From the NCBI RefSeq assembly GCF_006345805.1, contig NC_043005.1:54064001-54128000 (forward strand): 64,000 nt of DNA. The letters are read 5' to 3'. The DNA comes from Octopus sinensis (lineage: Eukaryota). Both the position numbers and the translations under genes were made by a program. The first letter of the stretch is position 1, and each line of letters begins with the position of its first letter. Positions 38,286-53,026 of the stretch are shown here, piece after piece. The notes beneath the pieces are model-generated. The model was not told the origin of the DNA. It saw only the letters and a list, made by a program, of their open reading frames with translations, and did not search any database.

Positions 38286-41200
38286 GCCAATGGTATTTGG
38301 TAGCTGTATCTAGATACCTTAACTTTAAAGAGGACAGTTAAATTTATTTGATGAAAACCATATGAGAAGTTTAAAATTCCAATAATAGACATTATGGACT
38401 CTGCAATTGGTAACATTGCTTAATTTAATATATTCTATACTTAATGGATACAGCTGTTTGCTGTCAAACATCTAATTTGATTTTACTTACTCTAGATCTC
38501 AAAATGATTGTCACTATCATTTATATATACTATTTTTTTTTCCTCAGTATCTCATACATATTGTTTGTTGTATCATGAATTTTGGTATATCTATACAAAG
38601 GACTAATGAATTCATACAGAACTTTTGTTTCACACTACTTTAAGCTCTGTTAAATTTTATTTAGTTTCAAAGGTAGATTTTAGCATATTGTTTCATTTTC
38701 TGAATGTTACTGTCTATACTAATTACTTACGGTCTACTTGTGGTTAATATCTTCTTGATTTTCATATTCAGGACAACATCGTCAAGTGAACAGTTCATGT
38801 TTCATGAGTTCAAATTCAAGACAGGGTTTTATCTCTTTCTGCTTATAAAAAAGAAAATACCCATCTAATTTTGTTATGAAAGCATACAAGTGTTTAAACA
38901 GGGATAAAATATATCATTTTTGTTAAGTCCCAATTATATAGAACAGCTTAAATTTATCCCAAGTAGGGTAATGAAGCACATATAGATTACAGTTCTCATT
39001 AAGGCAACAAGCTGGCAGAATCATTAACTAGCTGAGCAAAATGGTTAGCAGCGTTTCATGTGTCTTCATATTCTGAGTTTAAATTCCACTGAGGTTGTCT
39101 TTGCCTTTCATCCTTTCAGGATTGATAAAAAAAGAACGAGCTGAGTGCTGGGATCAATGTAATTGGCTTAACCCCCTCCCCTAAAATTGCTGGCCTTGTG
39201 CCAAAATTTGAAGCTAATATTACGGGTCTCCATTGAGATGACATGTTGGCAGAATCATTAGCATGCCAGGTGAAATGCTTAGTGACATTTCATCCATCTT
39301 CATGCTCTGAGTTCAAATTCCATTGAGATCAACTTTGCCTCTCATGCTGTCGGGGTCAATAAAATAACTATTAGTTCAGTACTGAGGCCAACATAACCAA
39401 CTTAACCCCTCTCCTGAAATTGCTGCCTTGTACCTCAATTTGAAACCAATTTTATAGTTTTCTAGTTGCCTGAAGACGTAATCTTTAACTACCTGTGACT
39501 TTTACCGACAGCTAAATGTGCAGAGTTGATAGGAATTATTGATGACATATAAGCAATTGGCCAATAGTTTAACATACTCCTCTCAGCTCGTTAGTCATTA
39601 ACTAAAATTTGATATTTGACAAGATCAAAGAACAATAAATTAACAGATCCAGTAATATATTGGATTAATTACCTTGCAATTTTGTTTTCTTTTTCCTTTT
39701 TGTTTTGTCCTATTCTATGTCTGAGTTGAAATTTGCCTGGTTCAACTTTATATGCCCTCTCTCTAGCCAATGAATTATGTACCCACTTGGATGTATAGAA
39801 TGAACTCAACTTCTCACTAAATGTGTGGCCTGTCCTTTCACCAATGCAAGAAATTATTTGACTAAATTAATTGTTAAAAAGTCCTGGAAATCACTGATGA
39901 TCTGTGTCAGTAAAAAGTGTTTATTGATAAAGTATTAAGTATTTTCAGTTTGTATATCATTTAGAGAAGAATTCTTTTACAAATGGACAGAGTCCTTTGC
40001 TGGAGAAAGAGAAGAGAAAGGAATTTTCATGTATCTTTCATTTGTTTTAGTGTAATATCGGCAAGTATTTTTACACTTTGACAGTACACACACAAAAAAA
40101 AAAAAAATTGAAGCATTTCTCTTTCCCTGATGAAAGACTCAGTTTGAAAAACCAGAAAATTCTCTTAATGATATACAAATTTGAAAGCTTTACACTTTAT
40201 CTAAATTAATGCTAAATATTGTTTAGAACTTGTGGAAATTTTTCTGTTTTGTCTTTTGGATAACTAGCAAAAACAACTACATAAGTTGATTCTCTTGAAA
40301 ATTTTGTGGAATCTCTTAGAAAAAGTAAAAAAAAAAAAAAATGATAGTTTTCCTTATTAATTTCCATAAACTTTCAAATGAATAATAATGTTGCAAAAAT
40401 TAATTATTTTAATTGATTTGTGTTTTATAAAATAAAAAGCAATAATTTATATCAGAATACATTTTAATTAATATTTTCCAACATGCAGCTCAAATTTAAC
40501 TCTTTGTAGATTTCCTACAAAAGCAAGCAAAATATACAAAAATATACAAATGATTCATGTTTTGGTTTACTAAACTGAATTAGTGAGTGTAGCATTGTAA
40601 TTAGTGGATTACCTGAATAAAAAGCAGAATAAAATTACAGAATTAATGATTTTTAAAATTGGTATAAGGTCCCAGAATTTAGGAGACTGATAATGCTGAA
40701 CTAGTCAACCCAGAAACTTCATGAATTATTTATTTAATGCAACAGGATAAAAAATAGTTTCTTTTATTTAGAACACAAAAGCATGTGCTTAAGATATAGA
40801 TAAATCAATTAGTCAAGCACTCACCACACTTTATAATCATTTGAGGTAATGAGGAAGTCTTTAGGGTTTGCTTGATTTGCTTGAAACTGCAGCCAAATCT
40901 CTAACTCTCAGTATTCTTAGGAGAACTGATCAAGCAATCATTGGCAGTTTAGAAAGCTGTGAGATCTAAGGTTGCCATGGGTTAATGGACAAATCTCCCA
41001 ATCATTTTTTCAGACACACTTTCCTTTTCCTTTTTAATGATGTCCAACTTCTCTTGTCGCCTTGCTCTTGCTCATCACAATACAATGACGAAGAGGAACT
41101 GTTAATTTTTAACAAGACTGGTGTTACCTTAAGAAACCTTTGTTCCTTGGTGCCCCACATCACTGGAAGTCACTGGTATTAGTAGCACAGGTAATGAAGC

Positions 41201-43734
41201 AGATTCATTCACTCCCTCTTTAGCTTTCCTTGAAGCTGTGATAAACGGAATACTAGATATATAGGTGAACAACAGCCAAGGTTTTCATCACTAGGACCTA
41301 TAATTGCTGGTAATTATAATTATTATAATTATTATAATTAATTATATAATCATAATTACTGGTAATTATAATTATTATAATTACAATTACTGGTACTGCT
41401 CTCTCCGCTGCTAGCTGCTGTTTTTATTTTGTTTAGATTTTATTCTTTTGGCTGGAAGGCTCTTACAGTTGTACCTATTTCTCCAAGATCTATTTCCTCC
41501 TCATTGGAGATCCTGGCTAACTCTTTAAATCAGTGCAGATGACACTTCAGAATTTCTAGTACCCATCACATCCACTGATGCAGAGACAAGCAAGAGGTGA
41601 CTTTGTATGTTTACAAACTAGCTTGTATGTATGTAGAAACCTATGTTGGATCTACCAGATGTCAAATACTTCAAATGATATTCAAACATTTTTGCAAATT
41701 CATATCACCTTGCAGTATTCAAGCACTAGATAGGATTTTGGCTTAGTGGAACTCACAGATACTACAATTTTCTGAATGTTCAAAGTAAGCTTTATTAAAA
41801 AGAATGAAAACCCATCCTGAAATGCTGGAGAGAGATTAATCATGGAAGTGTACATACATTGTATCTCTGAAACAGTGGCAGTGTCCAAGCTCCTGATGTA
41901 CTAAATTATTGGTTAGGGCCAGCAAGTTTGGGGGAGGGCACAAGTTGTTTACATCAACCACAGTGATCAACTGGTACTTATTTTATCAACCCTGAAAGGC
42001 AAAGTCAACTTCAGTGAAATTTGAACTCAGTACATAAAGACAGTCAACATGCTACTAAGCATTTTTCCCAGCAAGGTAAAGATTCTACCAGCTTCCTGCC
42101 TTTATATATACTAAATTATTGACAAGAAAGCATACAAACAGCATGTTTGATATTGGGTTATTAAACTTGAAGGAGTTAATAATCAAATGTCAACAATTTA
42201 TTCAACAGCAAGTATTAAAGTCTACATTCATTTTTTAATTCAATTCAATCTTCAATTGTGTGACTCTGTTGTAATATTCATGCACTTAAGTTACCTATTC
42301 TACGATTCCATTTTGTTATGCTGTTCACATATACATCTCTCACTTTCTCTGTCTACTCATACATCTCTCATTTCTCTACCAAACTTCCTTATTCTAGGTG
42401 TAGATCCCCGTAACTTAGTGGTTTTTGCAAAAGAGGCTGATAGAATAAGTACTAGGCTTACAAAGAATAAGTCCTGGAGTCGATTTGCTTGACTAAAGGT
42501 GGTGCCCCAGCATGGCCACAGTCAAATGACTGAAACAAGTAAAAGAGTATTCATTTCGTCTAGCCATCTACCTACCTTGCTTTCTAATTATCTGTTTATA
42601 TATCTATCTATCCATCTATTTTTCTATCCCTCTGACTATTCTGACATCTACCTACCTATGTCTTCCATCTATCTGTCAATCTAGCTAGCTAGCTAACTAC
42701 AAGCTACCACTCTGTCTGTCTATCTAGCTATCTGTCTGCCTATGTATCTGTCTGTGTGCCTATCTATCTAGCTAGCTATATGTTGTCTGTCTGTTTATCT
42801 GTCTATGTATCTATATACTTTCCTACATTTACTGATAACCAGGAAGATTATATTTACCAAACATTTCAGGAAGCCTACATATCTTAAAAAACATAAACAT
42901 TGAAAATCATGCTAATCAGATTAAAATGACTGGAAAATTGGGGAATAAAAAATTGTTGTTCTTCCATGGTAAAATTCAATATTTGTGACTTTCAAGTTTT
43001 CTCACTCATACACGTCAGATTGTGAATTAAATAAAATAAATAAATGTTCCTTTTCGAGCCATGCCTGGCTCATAAGGGCCGGTTTCCCAGTTTAAGTGGC
43101 GTAGAAATTCCCCACCTGGGCGGGACGCCGGTCCACCGCAAGATTATTCATTTTTGCCAGCTGAGTGGACTGGAGCAACGTGAAATGAAGTGTTTTGCTC
43201 AAGTACACAATGCATCACCCAGTCCAGGAATCGAAACCACAACCTTACCATCATGAGTTCAATACCCTAACCACTAAGCCACATGCCTCCACCAGATTGT
43301 GAATTACTGGAATAATATACAGTTACTAATAGCTGGGAACACAATCCATCCAGCAGACTTCCTCACCATTTCCATCTATTCAGTTTTATCTACATGTCTT
43401 GGATCAGCCTGAGACTATGATAAAAGTCACTTTCTAAAGATGTCAAACTGTAGTCGAACCCAGGGCCTTGTAATAGAAAAAACTTGAACTTCTTACTCAT
43501 CTAATCATGTTGCATCCACAATACTGCTATGTTGGTTTCAAATTTTGGTACAAAGCCAGCAATTTCAGGAAAGGGGTAAAGTCAATTATATCGACTCCAG
43601 TGCTCAACTGGTTCTTATTCTATCAACCCCAAAAGGGAATTTTGGCACAAGATCAGCATTTTCAGGACAGGATTAAAGTAAATTATATTGGCCCCAATGC
43701 TCAACTGGTACTTATTCTTATTTCTTTATTACAC

Positions 43735-44158
43735 TATCACACATGGTTCTAGTAACACAGGAATGGATGGCTGAAAATTTTCATGATCACATAACCCCAA
43801 ACATTTGGCCTCCTAATTCCCCAGATCTCAATCCATTGGACTATTACATCTGGAGTGCTGTTGAGAGAGAAGTCAACGAACACGCTCATAACACCTAAGA
43901 TTCTATGAAAGTTGCCATAGTCAGAGTAATGTCCAAAATGAATCAGGACCACTTGATTTGAGCATGTAGATGATTTAGATCTTGCACAGAAGCAGTTGTT
44001 CAAGCTGAAGGTGGCATAATTGAATAACATCATAGAAAAGAAGGTTTATTTTTATCCTCATAGCATTTTATGATAAATGAATTTATTGTCTGTTATTATA
44101 TACCTGTTTTGTTATAAACATAAATAAATCTCTCCTGAAATATCTTATGCATCCTGTG
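43735..44158 (+). pseudogene. 3' fragment of a maT (DD37D-like) mariner transposon
   Basis: QEWMAENFHDHITPNIWPPNSPDLNPLDYYIWSAVEREVNEHAHNT*...EAVVQAEGGIIE*, ending near CATCCTG before (TA)n. Confidence 0.88.
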
Positions 44159-44218
<60 letters not shown>

Positions 44219-44224
44219 TATATA

Positions 44225-44520
44225 TATCATCATCATCATTTAACGTCTGCTTTCCATGCTAGCATGGGTTGGACGATTTGACTGAAGTCTGGCGAACTAG
44301 ATGGCTGCACCAGACTCCAATCTGATCTGGCTGAGTTTCTACAGCTGGATGCCCTTCTTATCACCAACCACTCCAAGAGTGTAGTGGGTGCTTTTACATG
44401 CCATCTGCACGGAGGCCAGCTTGTTGCTCTGGCAACGATCACACTCGTAAGGTACTCTTAGCCCTTTATTAGCGCGGTTGCCAGTCATCGAATTTGATTT
44501 TGATTTTGATTTTGATTTCA
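44225..44520 (-). mobile_element. RTE 3'-end fragment (others at 32150-32310, 45300-45490, 48005-48135 and 57835-58130)
   Basis: Reverse complement of 34200-34364 with a (CAT)n tail. Confidence 0.85.
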
Positions 44521-44645
44521 CTTGCCTCAACAGGTCTTCGCAAGCAGAGTTTAGTGTCCAATGAAGAAAAGGTACGCATAAGTGGACTGGTTGCATATAT
44601 GTACATATGTGTGTGTATATATATATATGTATGTAAATGCATATA

Positions 44646-44689
<44 letters not shown>

Positions 44690-46859
44690 GCTTCTTCTGG
44701 TTTCTGTTTACCAAGTTCACTCACAAGGCTTTGGTCAGCCCAGAAGACACTTGCCCAAGATGCCATACAGTGGGACTGAACCTGGAACCATGCAGTTGGG
44801 AAGCAAGCTTCTCACCATACAGCTTATTACTTTATCATATAAGTAATTGCTTTAATCTCTCTCTTTCTTTCTCTTTCTCTCTGTCTCTCTCTTTCTCTCT
44901 CCCTCATTTATTTACGCACACTTCGTTTTCTGCTTCAAAAACTGTATCTACATAGCTTAAGTCAGAATACAAAATCACACTGGAGAGATCCAATTAAGAT
45001 TAAAATATATATATGTAATTGGAATTTTATGTTTTTTTAATGTCTCCATTCTTTTCATTACTATGAAATAAACTGATTCAATACTAACCCAAACAATAGC
45101 TTTAAGGTAGCTAAGTAAGATTATATCTCTCCCTCACAAAAAATAAAATGAATGGATTAATCAAATATTCCAAGAAAATTCTAAGAAAATAGTCATATTT
45201 TGCAGTAGTTTATTTGCTTTTCTCATGCAATTCTACTTGAAATGAAGAGAAATGGCGATTTCTCAATTGAACAGAAATGATAAAAGTTTGGTTAGTTATT
45301 TAATAACATGGATGTCCACTCTGCCGGGTGGTAGGTGCTAGGAAGGTCATCCAGCTGTAAAAACCATGCCAAAACAGACACAGAAGTCTTGTGCAGGCTC
45401 CTGCCTGGCCAACTCTTGTCAAACCATCCAACCCAATGTCTGCATGAAAGATGAACATTAAACGATGATGACGATGTCGATGGTGACGATGGTGATGATG
45501 GACGTAGATCTATTACTGAGTTTTCTCTGCTTTTTCTTTTAGTTCCAACAATTGAAATACTAGTTAGCAGACTTGAATAATTGTTAAAGTTAATATCAGG
45601 AGATAGAGAGAATGTTAAACTAAACATAAATCAGCTGCAATTTTTTCAGCCGATTCAATGGTACAGAAGTAATAATTGATAGCTAACAGCATCTGCTTTC
45701 TGAAACTACATTCAAGGTGTTCTTAAAATCTTTAAAACGGATAGATTGTCCTGCATTCTTCTGTTTATATGACAAGCAGAAGAAAAGAAAAGAAAAGAAA
45801 ACTAGCATGGTACCATACAATTTCTTTCAGCATTGGATAAATTCTATGACTGAAAAATATGCTTTGAGGCTCATTAGATTTTAGTTATTTGGCTTTTGAT
45901 TTTTTTTTTACATATATTTCCATGTTTGTTTTATTCGCACTCTAATATCTTATGTTTTAAATCTGCTGTCACTTACAATAACATTTTCTCTCAGATTTAT
46001 TCTTCAGCTAACATCTTGAAGCAAAATATATGAACGACTACACTTCATTTACTTTTCTTTTTATTTTCTGCTTCAACGATAAGCCAACCAGCAGTATAAG
46101 CACTCTAAAATATGGTCGTCTACCAAGACAATGTGATTGAACTAAAAGTGCAATAAATGGAAAATTTCACAACTAAAGCATTAAAGCAAAGTGTAAAAGG
46201 AAAATGAAAAATATTGTTTTAACAAATATTGAATGTTTTAACAAATATTAAAGGAGATAATGAAAGATACATTCTAAATCTTTCTAAATCTCTTATAATC
46301 ATGAAGATCATGAAGATACTGAAAGTATTTCATAGACATATTTCTTAGTTGGAATTTAAGCTAAATGTTTGTCAGGTACATTATTTCTTTTTTTTTCTCT
46401 GACATTTGTCTGTCTAAAAATAATGCCATTTTGAAAAATGGCAATTTTCATTTTTATTATTTTTCAAATAATAATAAATTTGATGCATTATATATGATCC
46501 AAATGACATTTTGGCAAAACTAAATTGAATTAAAAATTATTTTAAAATTATTTGACTTTACTCACAGAGGATTTAACTAAACCATTCTCAAAATATTGCT
46601 AGTAGAGACATTGTATCTTTCAGGTAGTTGGTTATAAGTTTTCATTTTTAGAATAAGCAAATTAAATTAGTTGTAGTATTGATATTATACAAACTTCTAG
46701 AACATTTCTTCAGTTTTATTTATATACATCAGCTGTCTGAAATTAATTGCTCAACCACCTTACAGTTTTAATCAGTGTCATCATGACATCCTATATATAT
46801 ATATATATATAGAAAGAGAGAGAGAGAGAGAGAGGGGGAGAGAGATGGATAGATAGTTA

Positions 46860-47230
46860 TAGATACATACATACATACATACATACATACATACATACAT
46901 ACACATATATACATACGTACATATGTACTTACATACATACACGCATACACATACATACTTACATACATTCATACATTCATACATACATATATACATACAT
47001 ACATACATACATACATACATACATGCATACATACATACATACATACATACACATACATACATACGTACATATGTACTTACATACATACACGCATACACAT
47101 ACATACATACATACATTCATACAGTCATACATACATACATACATACATACATGCATGCACACATACATACATACATACATACATACATACATACTACATA
47201 CATACATACATACATACATACATACACTCA
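46860..47230. repeat. (TACA)n tetranucleotide array with an internal ~150-bp duplication; second array at 48145-48355
   Basis: CATACGTACATATGTACTTACATACATACACGC occurs twice within the array. Confidence 0.9.
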
Positions 47231-48710
47231 ATCTGTCAGAATCTCAGAGAAAGGTTTTTAAAAAATATGTTTGGTGTTGTTTGGAATTTATTTCATTTCA
47301 TTTATCTTTTTTTTATTACTTTTGATGGTGGGTGCTTGCTTTTAATTTTTTACAGATTTGGGATTCACTACCTGATGTTTCATTGCTTATGACACATGTT
47401 TTGGACATATATTTTAGATTTATATATCATCTAGTAAAAAAAATACATTACATCTTAATATTAAAAAATATTACATATCAATGCCATGTGATATATTCCT
47501 ATCAGATATTGTTTTAAATTTTTTCTGTTTTAAATCTCACAGATGGTACTATTTTCTTAATGCAATTTCTCTGTTCCAACAGATTTTTTTCTGTTTTTAA
47601 TATGCTGCTTTTAGGTGGTTACTTCGAGTATCAAAGTTTGATTTGATTGTAAAAAGCATGCATTTGTTGCTGTAAAATCTAAGCAACAGCCTTAGCCCTT
47701 TAAACAGACAGATCTTCCATTCTATGTTTCAGAATTTTTTTTATAATGTGTAAGAAGTTTTTTTAATTAGTAGATGTGATATAGATTTCTTTATTTCTTT
47801 CTAACTTCAAAATAATTTCAAATCTATTTCCCCATGCTGAAATGAATTAAACTAACTTGCAATTTATGGATAATTACATTAATACTTAGAGAAAATTGCT
47901 GTCAATATTATTGCTGTTATTACTGTTGTTGCTGTTGCTGTCCTTGTTTGTCCCCTCTATGTTTAGCCCCCTGTGGGCAATAAAGAAATAGATATATTTA
48001 TATAGGCAGGGCATCCAGGTGTAGAAACTATTCCAAACCAGACTGGAAGTTGATTCTGCTCTCCAACTTACCAATTCCAGTCGAACCATCTAACCCATAC
48101 CAGCATGGAAAGCAGATGCTAAATGATGATGATGATATATAGAGAGAAATACATACATACATACATACATACACATTCATACATACATACATACATACAT
48201 ACATACATACATACTACATACATACACACACACACACATACATACATACATACATACATACATACATACATACATACATACATACATACATACATACATA
48301 CATACATACATACATTCATACATACATACATACATACAAACATACATACATACAAAGGAGCCTTGGATCTAAGTTAGAAACTGGCTCTTTCTCTAATGGC
48401 AAGAAGTCTTGAAATAAAACTGAATGACATATATACGTTTATAAACATTTGAGCTGAGACAGCAAATTGGCAGAGTTGTTACAGTGTTGGACAGAATCCG
48501 TTATGTTGTTTGTTCTGGCAGTCATCACTCTAAGTTCAAATCCTCCAAAGATTTGTTTTACAATCTTTATCCTTTGAAGATTGATAAGAAAAGTGCAAGT
48601 CCAAGGTGGTGGATTAAGGAAACTGCTGAGGCATCAGCTGACATATGTTATGGTCTCCATTCCAATTTGTTGTGTTCTGAATTCAAATTTGGCCTGCTAA
48701 CACTCTGCTC

Positions 48711-48930
48711 CCCTTTTGTTACTGTATTTATTTTGAGATGCTCTGTGTTTTTTTCAATTATTTTTAAAATAACAAAGAATTTAGTAAAATAACTTAGTTA
48801 TCATTAATCTAGTGTTAGGAACGTAAATTGTGACTAAGGCTTTGTGGAATATTTTAATTCAAAACTTATGAAAACAAGACATTTTACCACAGAGCCAGAG
48901 CCGGTTTTGGCCGGGTTAGTAACAAAAGGG
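48711..48930. mobile_element. 220-bp MITE, piggyBac-like termini
   Basis: TIR CCCTTTTGTTAC (48711-48722) / GTAACAAAAGGG (48919-48930); the right flank is TTAG (TTAA-like) and the left flank is degenerate. Confidence 0.65.
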
Positions 48931-50632
48931 TTAGTGCAAAATGGATCTTTTTGAAGTCAGTTAATTGTGATGAACTTACTCCAAACCAATCAATGTCTGA
49001 TTGAACCACAAAATTATTAAAGCAGTAACTCGGTCACAATAATAAAATGGCCCATTCAACATAAAACAGCATAAATAGATGTTAAGAAAACATAATAAAT
49101 TTATTTATTTCTTGCAGCTGGACACATATTAATTTATGTGCCAATCAAGTTACAACTGTATAAATGTTACAAACGGTGTGCTGATACTCTGTGAGTTTTC
49201 AAATCCTTTCTAAATATATCAAATAATTATACATGAGCGAAAGAAAAAATAAATTATCAAGTATATTATTTATATTGATTTAGTTCATCCAAACCATTCC
49301 AAAAAGAATCTTAAAGTTATGATTCTAATAATAGCTATGACAATCATATTATGAACAGGAAATAGAAAATAAAGAAAGAATGAAATCTGAAAAAAGAAAG
49401 AAAATTGAGACAAATGGAGAATGAATACAAGAGATTGAATAAATGGATAGGGAAAAGAAAGATATATGTTGGAAATTTTGTTTTTCTTAATGCTAACTTA
49501 TATTATATATTTGCTGTGACAGTTTCATATAGATTTGCATTGAAGCAGAACATGCTTTGGTCAGGTTGTAGCCAATTAGCTTACATTCCAATATATTGAA
49601 ATAAATACAGGTGCTTGTTCAAGCAGACAAAACCAATTAAATACAACATTGAGGCCCTGTTGAATTGCATGGCCCCATATAAAGTACTTGATGATAATAT
49701 CCACATGTTATGAGGCATTCATTTATAAGTCGCCTTTTAAATTTGCATTTCATCTGGTTATTGTATCTATTTGACATGCTATTTATTAGTGCAAAAATAT
49801 AAATTAATATACAGATGTGTTGATGTCTGCATACGCATGGGTCACAGGTAAGAAAGATGATGAACAGGCCTATCATCTTTTCTCACTTCATATCCATTAG
49901 AGTAGCTTTTACAGTAGGTAACAGACAAAGAATTGCATTCATGTCACCACCAACACAACCACCACCACCATCACCACCACCACCACCACCACCAATCCCA
50001 TTGAGAAAGAAAGGGGAAATTTTATATAAATCTTATATAACTAGATTATCTATTTGCTGATAACAGAACCCATGGTTTGTTCCAATATTATTATGAAAGA
50101 AAATATGAAAAGCTGCCAGACGTAAATGCCTTGATTGGAGGTATAAACAAATATCATGTTATTGATATATAACAGTTAGATGAGTTGAGTTGCGTTGAGT
50201 TAGAAGAGAATAAAATACAAGAAAACAAGAGGTAAACTACAGTATTTAAGAATTGTATATCAGTGTTTATGACAGATCCTAATTGACTTTGAATAAAATA
50301 GTAATATAATAATGTTGTGAGAATATATACAATTAGAACGAGACGTATCTCTGTTATTAAAATTTAGGTTTGAGGGAGAAAATAATGCCTACAAGATACA
50401 TGAAAGAATTGGTTTATTGATGATAATAATAGAGTAGGAATTTTATCTCGTCAGAAAACAAATATTAGATAGTTCTTCAGTTATGGTTTTAGGGGGTTTG
50501 CTCGTTTATTAAAAGGAAAAAATAAAAAAATGTCAAACAAATATATGAAAGGATTAATCAGGAAAATGTGCTATCATGGTAAGGGACAAAGGTGACATCT
50601 CTTCCTATTGATATTAGATAATAATAATAACG

Positions 50633-50699
<67 letters not shown>

Positions 50700-50704
50700 T
50701 AATA

Positions 50705-50845
50705 ACCACACACATCCCATGTAAAACACTTTCAGTACATTGAAAATAAGAGCACCACAACAAACCAATATTGCACATACCCAAGGCACTCAGAGCTGCA
50801 CTTGGTAGTGCAGTGAAAGCACGTGATAAAAATAAAACTGCTGAA
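50705..50845 (+). mobile_element. Extreme 3' end of an RLE-type LINE inserted between (TAA)n tracts; a second (TAA)n-tailed 3' end at 51120-51240
   Basis: THIPCKTLSVH* resembles AHILRKxLSx*, the RLE C-terminus; a short UTR follows, then (TAA)n. (TAA)n also lies upstream. Confidence 0.55.
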
Positions 50846-50859
50846 TAATAATAATAATG

Positions 50860-50915
<56 letters not shown>

Positions 50916-50917
50916 TA

Positions 50918-50964
<47 letters not shown>

Positions 50965-51231
50965 GTTATTTTTATTATTGTTGTTATTATTATTATAATT
51001 ATTATTATTATTATTATCATTATTATTATTATCATCATTATTATCATTACTATAATAATAGTAAAAAGATTAAGATTGGTACTTGGATGTTGGTTGTCTT
51101 TCACAATAATTAACAACCAATTATCAAAGCTTATAATGTGTGGTAAAAGACCCTGTGAGAACTCTGACAACAGGCTGCTGTCTGCTCTCAGAATCAACCA
51201 GAGCTAACAAGACCAAGTGCTCTGAGAAGTA

Positions 51232-51268
<37 letters not shown>

Positions 51269-51514
51269 TTTTTTCTGCTATAGACACAAAGCCTGGAACT
51301 TTGCGGGAGAGAGAGAGAGCTAGCTGATTAAATTGATCCAAATGCTCAACTAGCACTTATTTTGTCAACCCTGAAAGGATGAAAGGCAAAGGTGACCTTA
51401 GTAGAATTTGAACTGAGACTGTAAAGATGGATGAAATGCTGCTAAGATGTTTGACCAACATGCAAACAATTCTGACAGCTCATTGCCTTTATGATGATGA
51501 TGATGATGATGATG

Positions 51515-51551
<37 letters not shown>

Positions 51552-52479
51552 TATTATTTATCTCACTTGTAACTGCTTTGAGAGCTATGGCATTCAGATG
51601 CTCCAGTGGGGTTTTGTGTATAAAGAAAGTTACTAATTAATATTTGTTATATTATAAGGCAGCAAGCTGGCAGAATCGTGAGAATGCCAGCTAAAATGCT
51701 TTGCAGTATTTTACTCCACCTTTACATTCTGAGTTCAAATTCCACCAAGATGGACTTTGCCTTTCATCCTTTCAGGGTCGATAAAATAAATACTAGGTGA
51801 ATGCTGCAGTCGATGTAATCAACTTACTCCCTCCCCCACAATTGCTGGCCTTGTGCCAAAATCTAAAATCAATATTTGTCATATTTTTGTAATGCCTAAA
51901 AATAACAATATGTGAATGAGGAAATATTCCTTTGAAATGAAAATATTTTTGTGAAATACGTTGATAACTGTTGTACCACACTTAAAATGCCACCAAAATT
52001 TTGGTGCTCGTTAATAACTAAAGGAATTTCGACTGCTACAATTAGTTATATAAATTTGAGATTTGTTGACTTTAGCAATATCATTCAGGATTTCCCCCAA
52101 TCTTGATTCACAGTAAATGCATTTGATGTAATGATGCACAAAATTATTTGCATGTTTCCAATAATCTCCTACATCAGTACAAATTCCTTTTATACTCAAA
52201 CATTTGAGCTTCAGATTAGACTTAATCACATGGGGTTGATGATTGGTGTGATAGAACAGATAAATGTGGGATGATGTCAGTTTGCAATATTGTTCTGTCA
52301 CTACACCGCTTTCTGAAAGTCTATGCAAATTTTTGGAGAACTACAAGAATTTCATGTTGGACTTAAAACTCATCACAGGAGCTTATCATAATTACAAAAC
52401 TTCAGTTAGACTTATAAAAAAAGACACCATTAATGAACTGCAACCAGAGTCTGGTTTCATGACTGTACAGGGATTTAAA

Positions 52480-52980
52480 TATCTTTAATATCATGTACAT
52501 GTTTTGTTTTGGTATAAAAAGATGGGTTACAGCAAATATTCTGCTCAATACCACAAATTTGCTTGTCAGTTGCTTGACCATAACCAGTTTAGTAAGACCC
52601 TTTGGCTGACAATATGTGCATCTCTGATCATAACCAAGAATTAGTGGGGGAGCATCATAGCCATGTGTTAAGAGGAATTCTTTGGAATTTGAATAAGTCA
52701 CCTCTGGAAACGTGAGTGCTTCATTCAACATTCTTAAACAACCCTTATTCAAGGACCCCTTGAGTGGGATGGGCTACTCTACCTGAAGAAAATTCTAACT
52801 GGGACCCACCTGCAAGGTCATGTGCTGTTTATCTTGATATGAGTTCACCATGTCGAGGACATATGGTTGTGATGCATGTACCTGGAGTACCCTTATCAGA
52901 CAGGTAGTCATGATGCATATAATGGGTTTCGTACATTTTACCCCAGTGTCACTTTGATGGCATGCACTGCTCTCTCACTA
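52480..52980 (+). mobile_element. (TAA)n-tailed ~550-bp element copy
   Basis: Matches 2046-2553 and is followed by (TAA)n at 52984-53022. Confidence 0.85.
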
Positions 52981-52981
52981 A

Positions 52982-53026
<45 letters not shown>

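Noticed and set aside
40121-40160. CTGATGA-AAGACTCAGTTT-GAAA hammerhead-like string
   Set aside because: No stem III or UH cleavage triplet follows; it is a chance match or too decayed to call.
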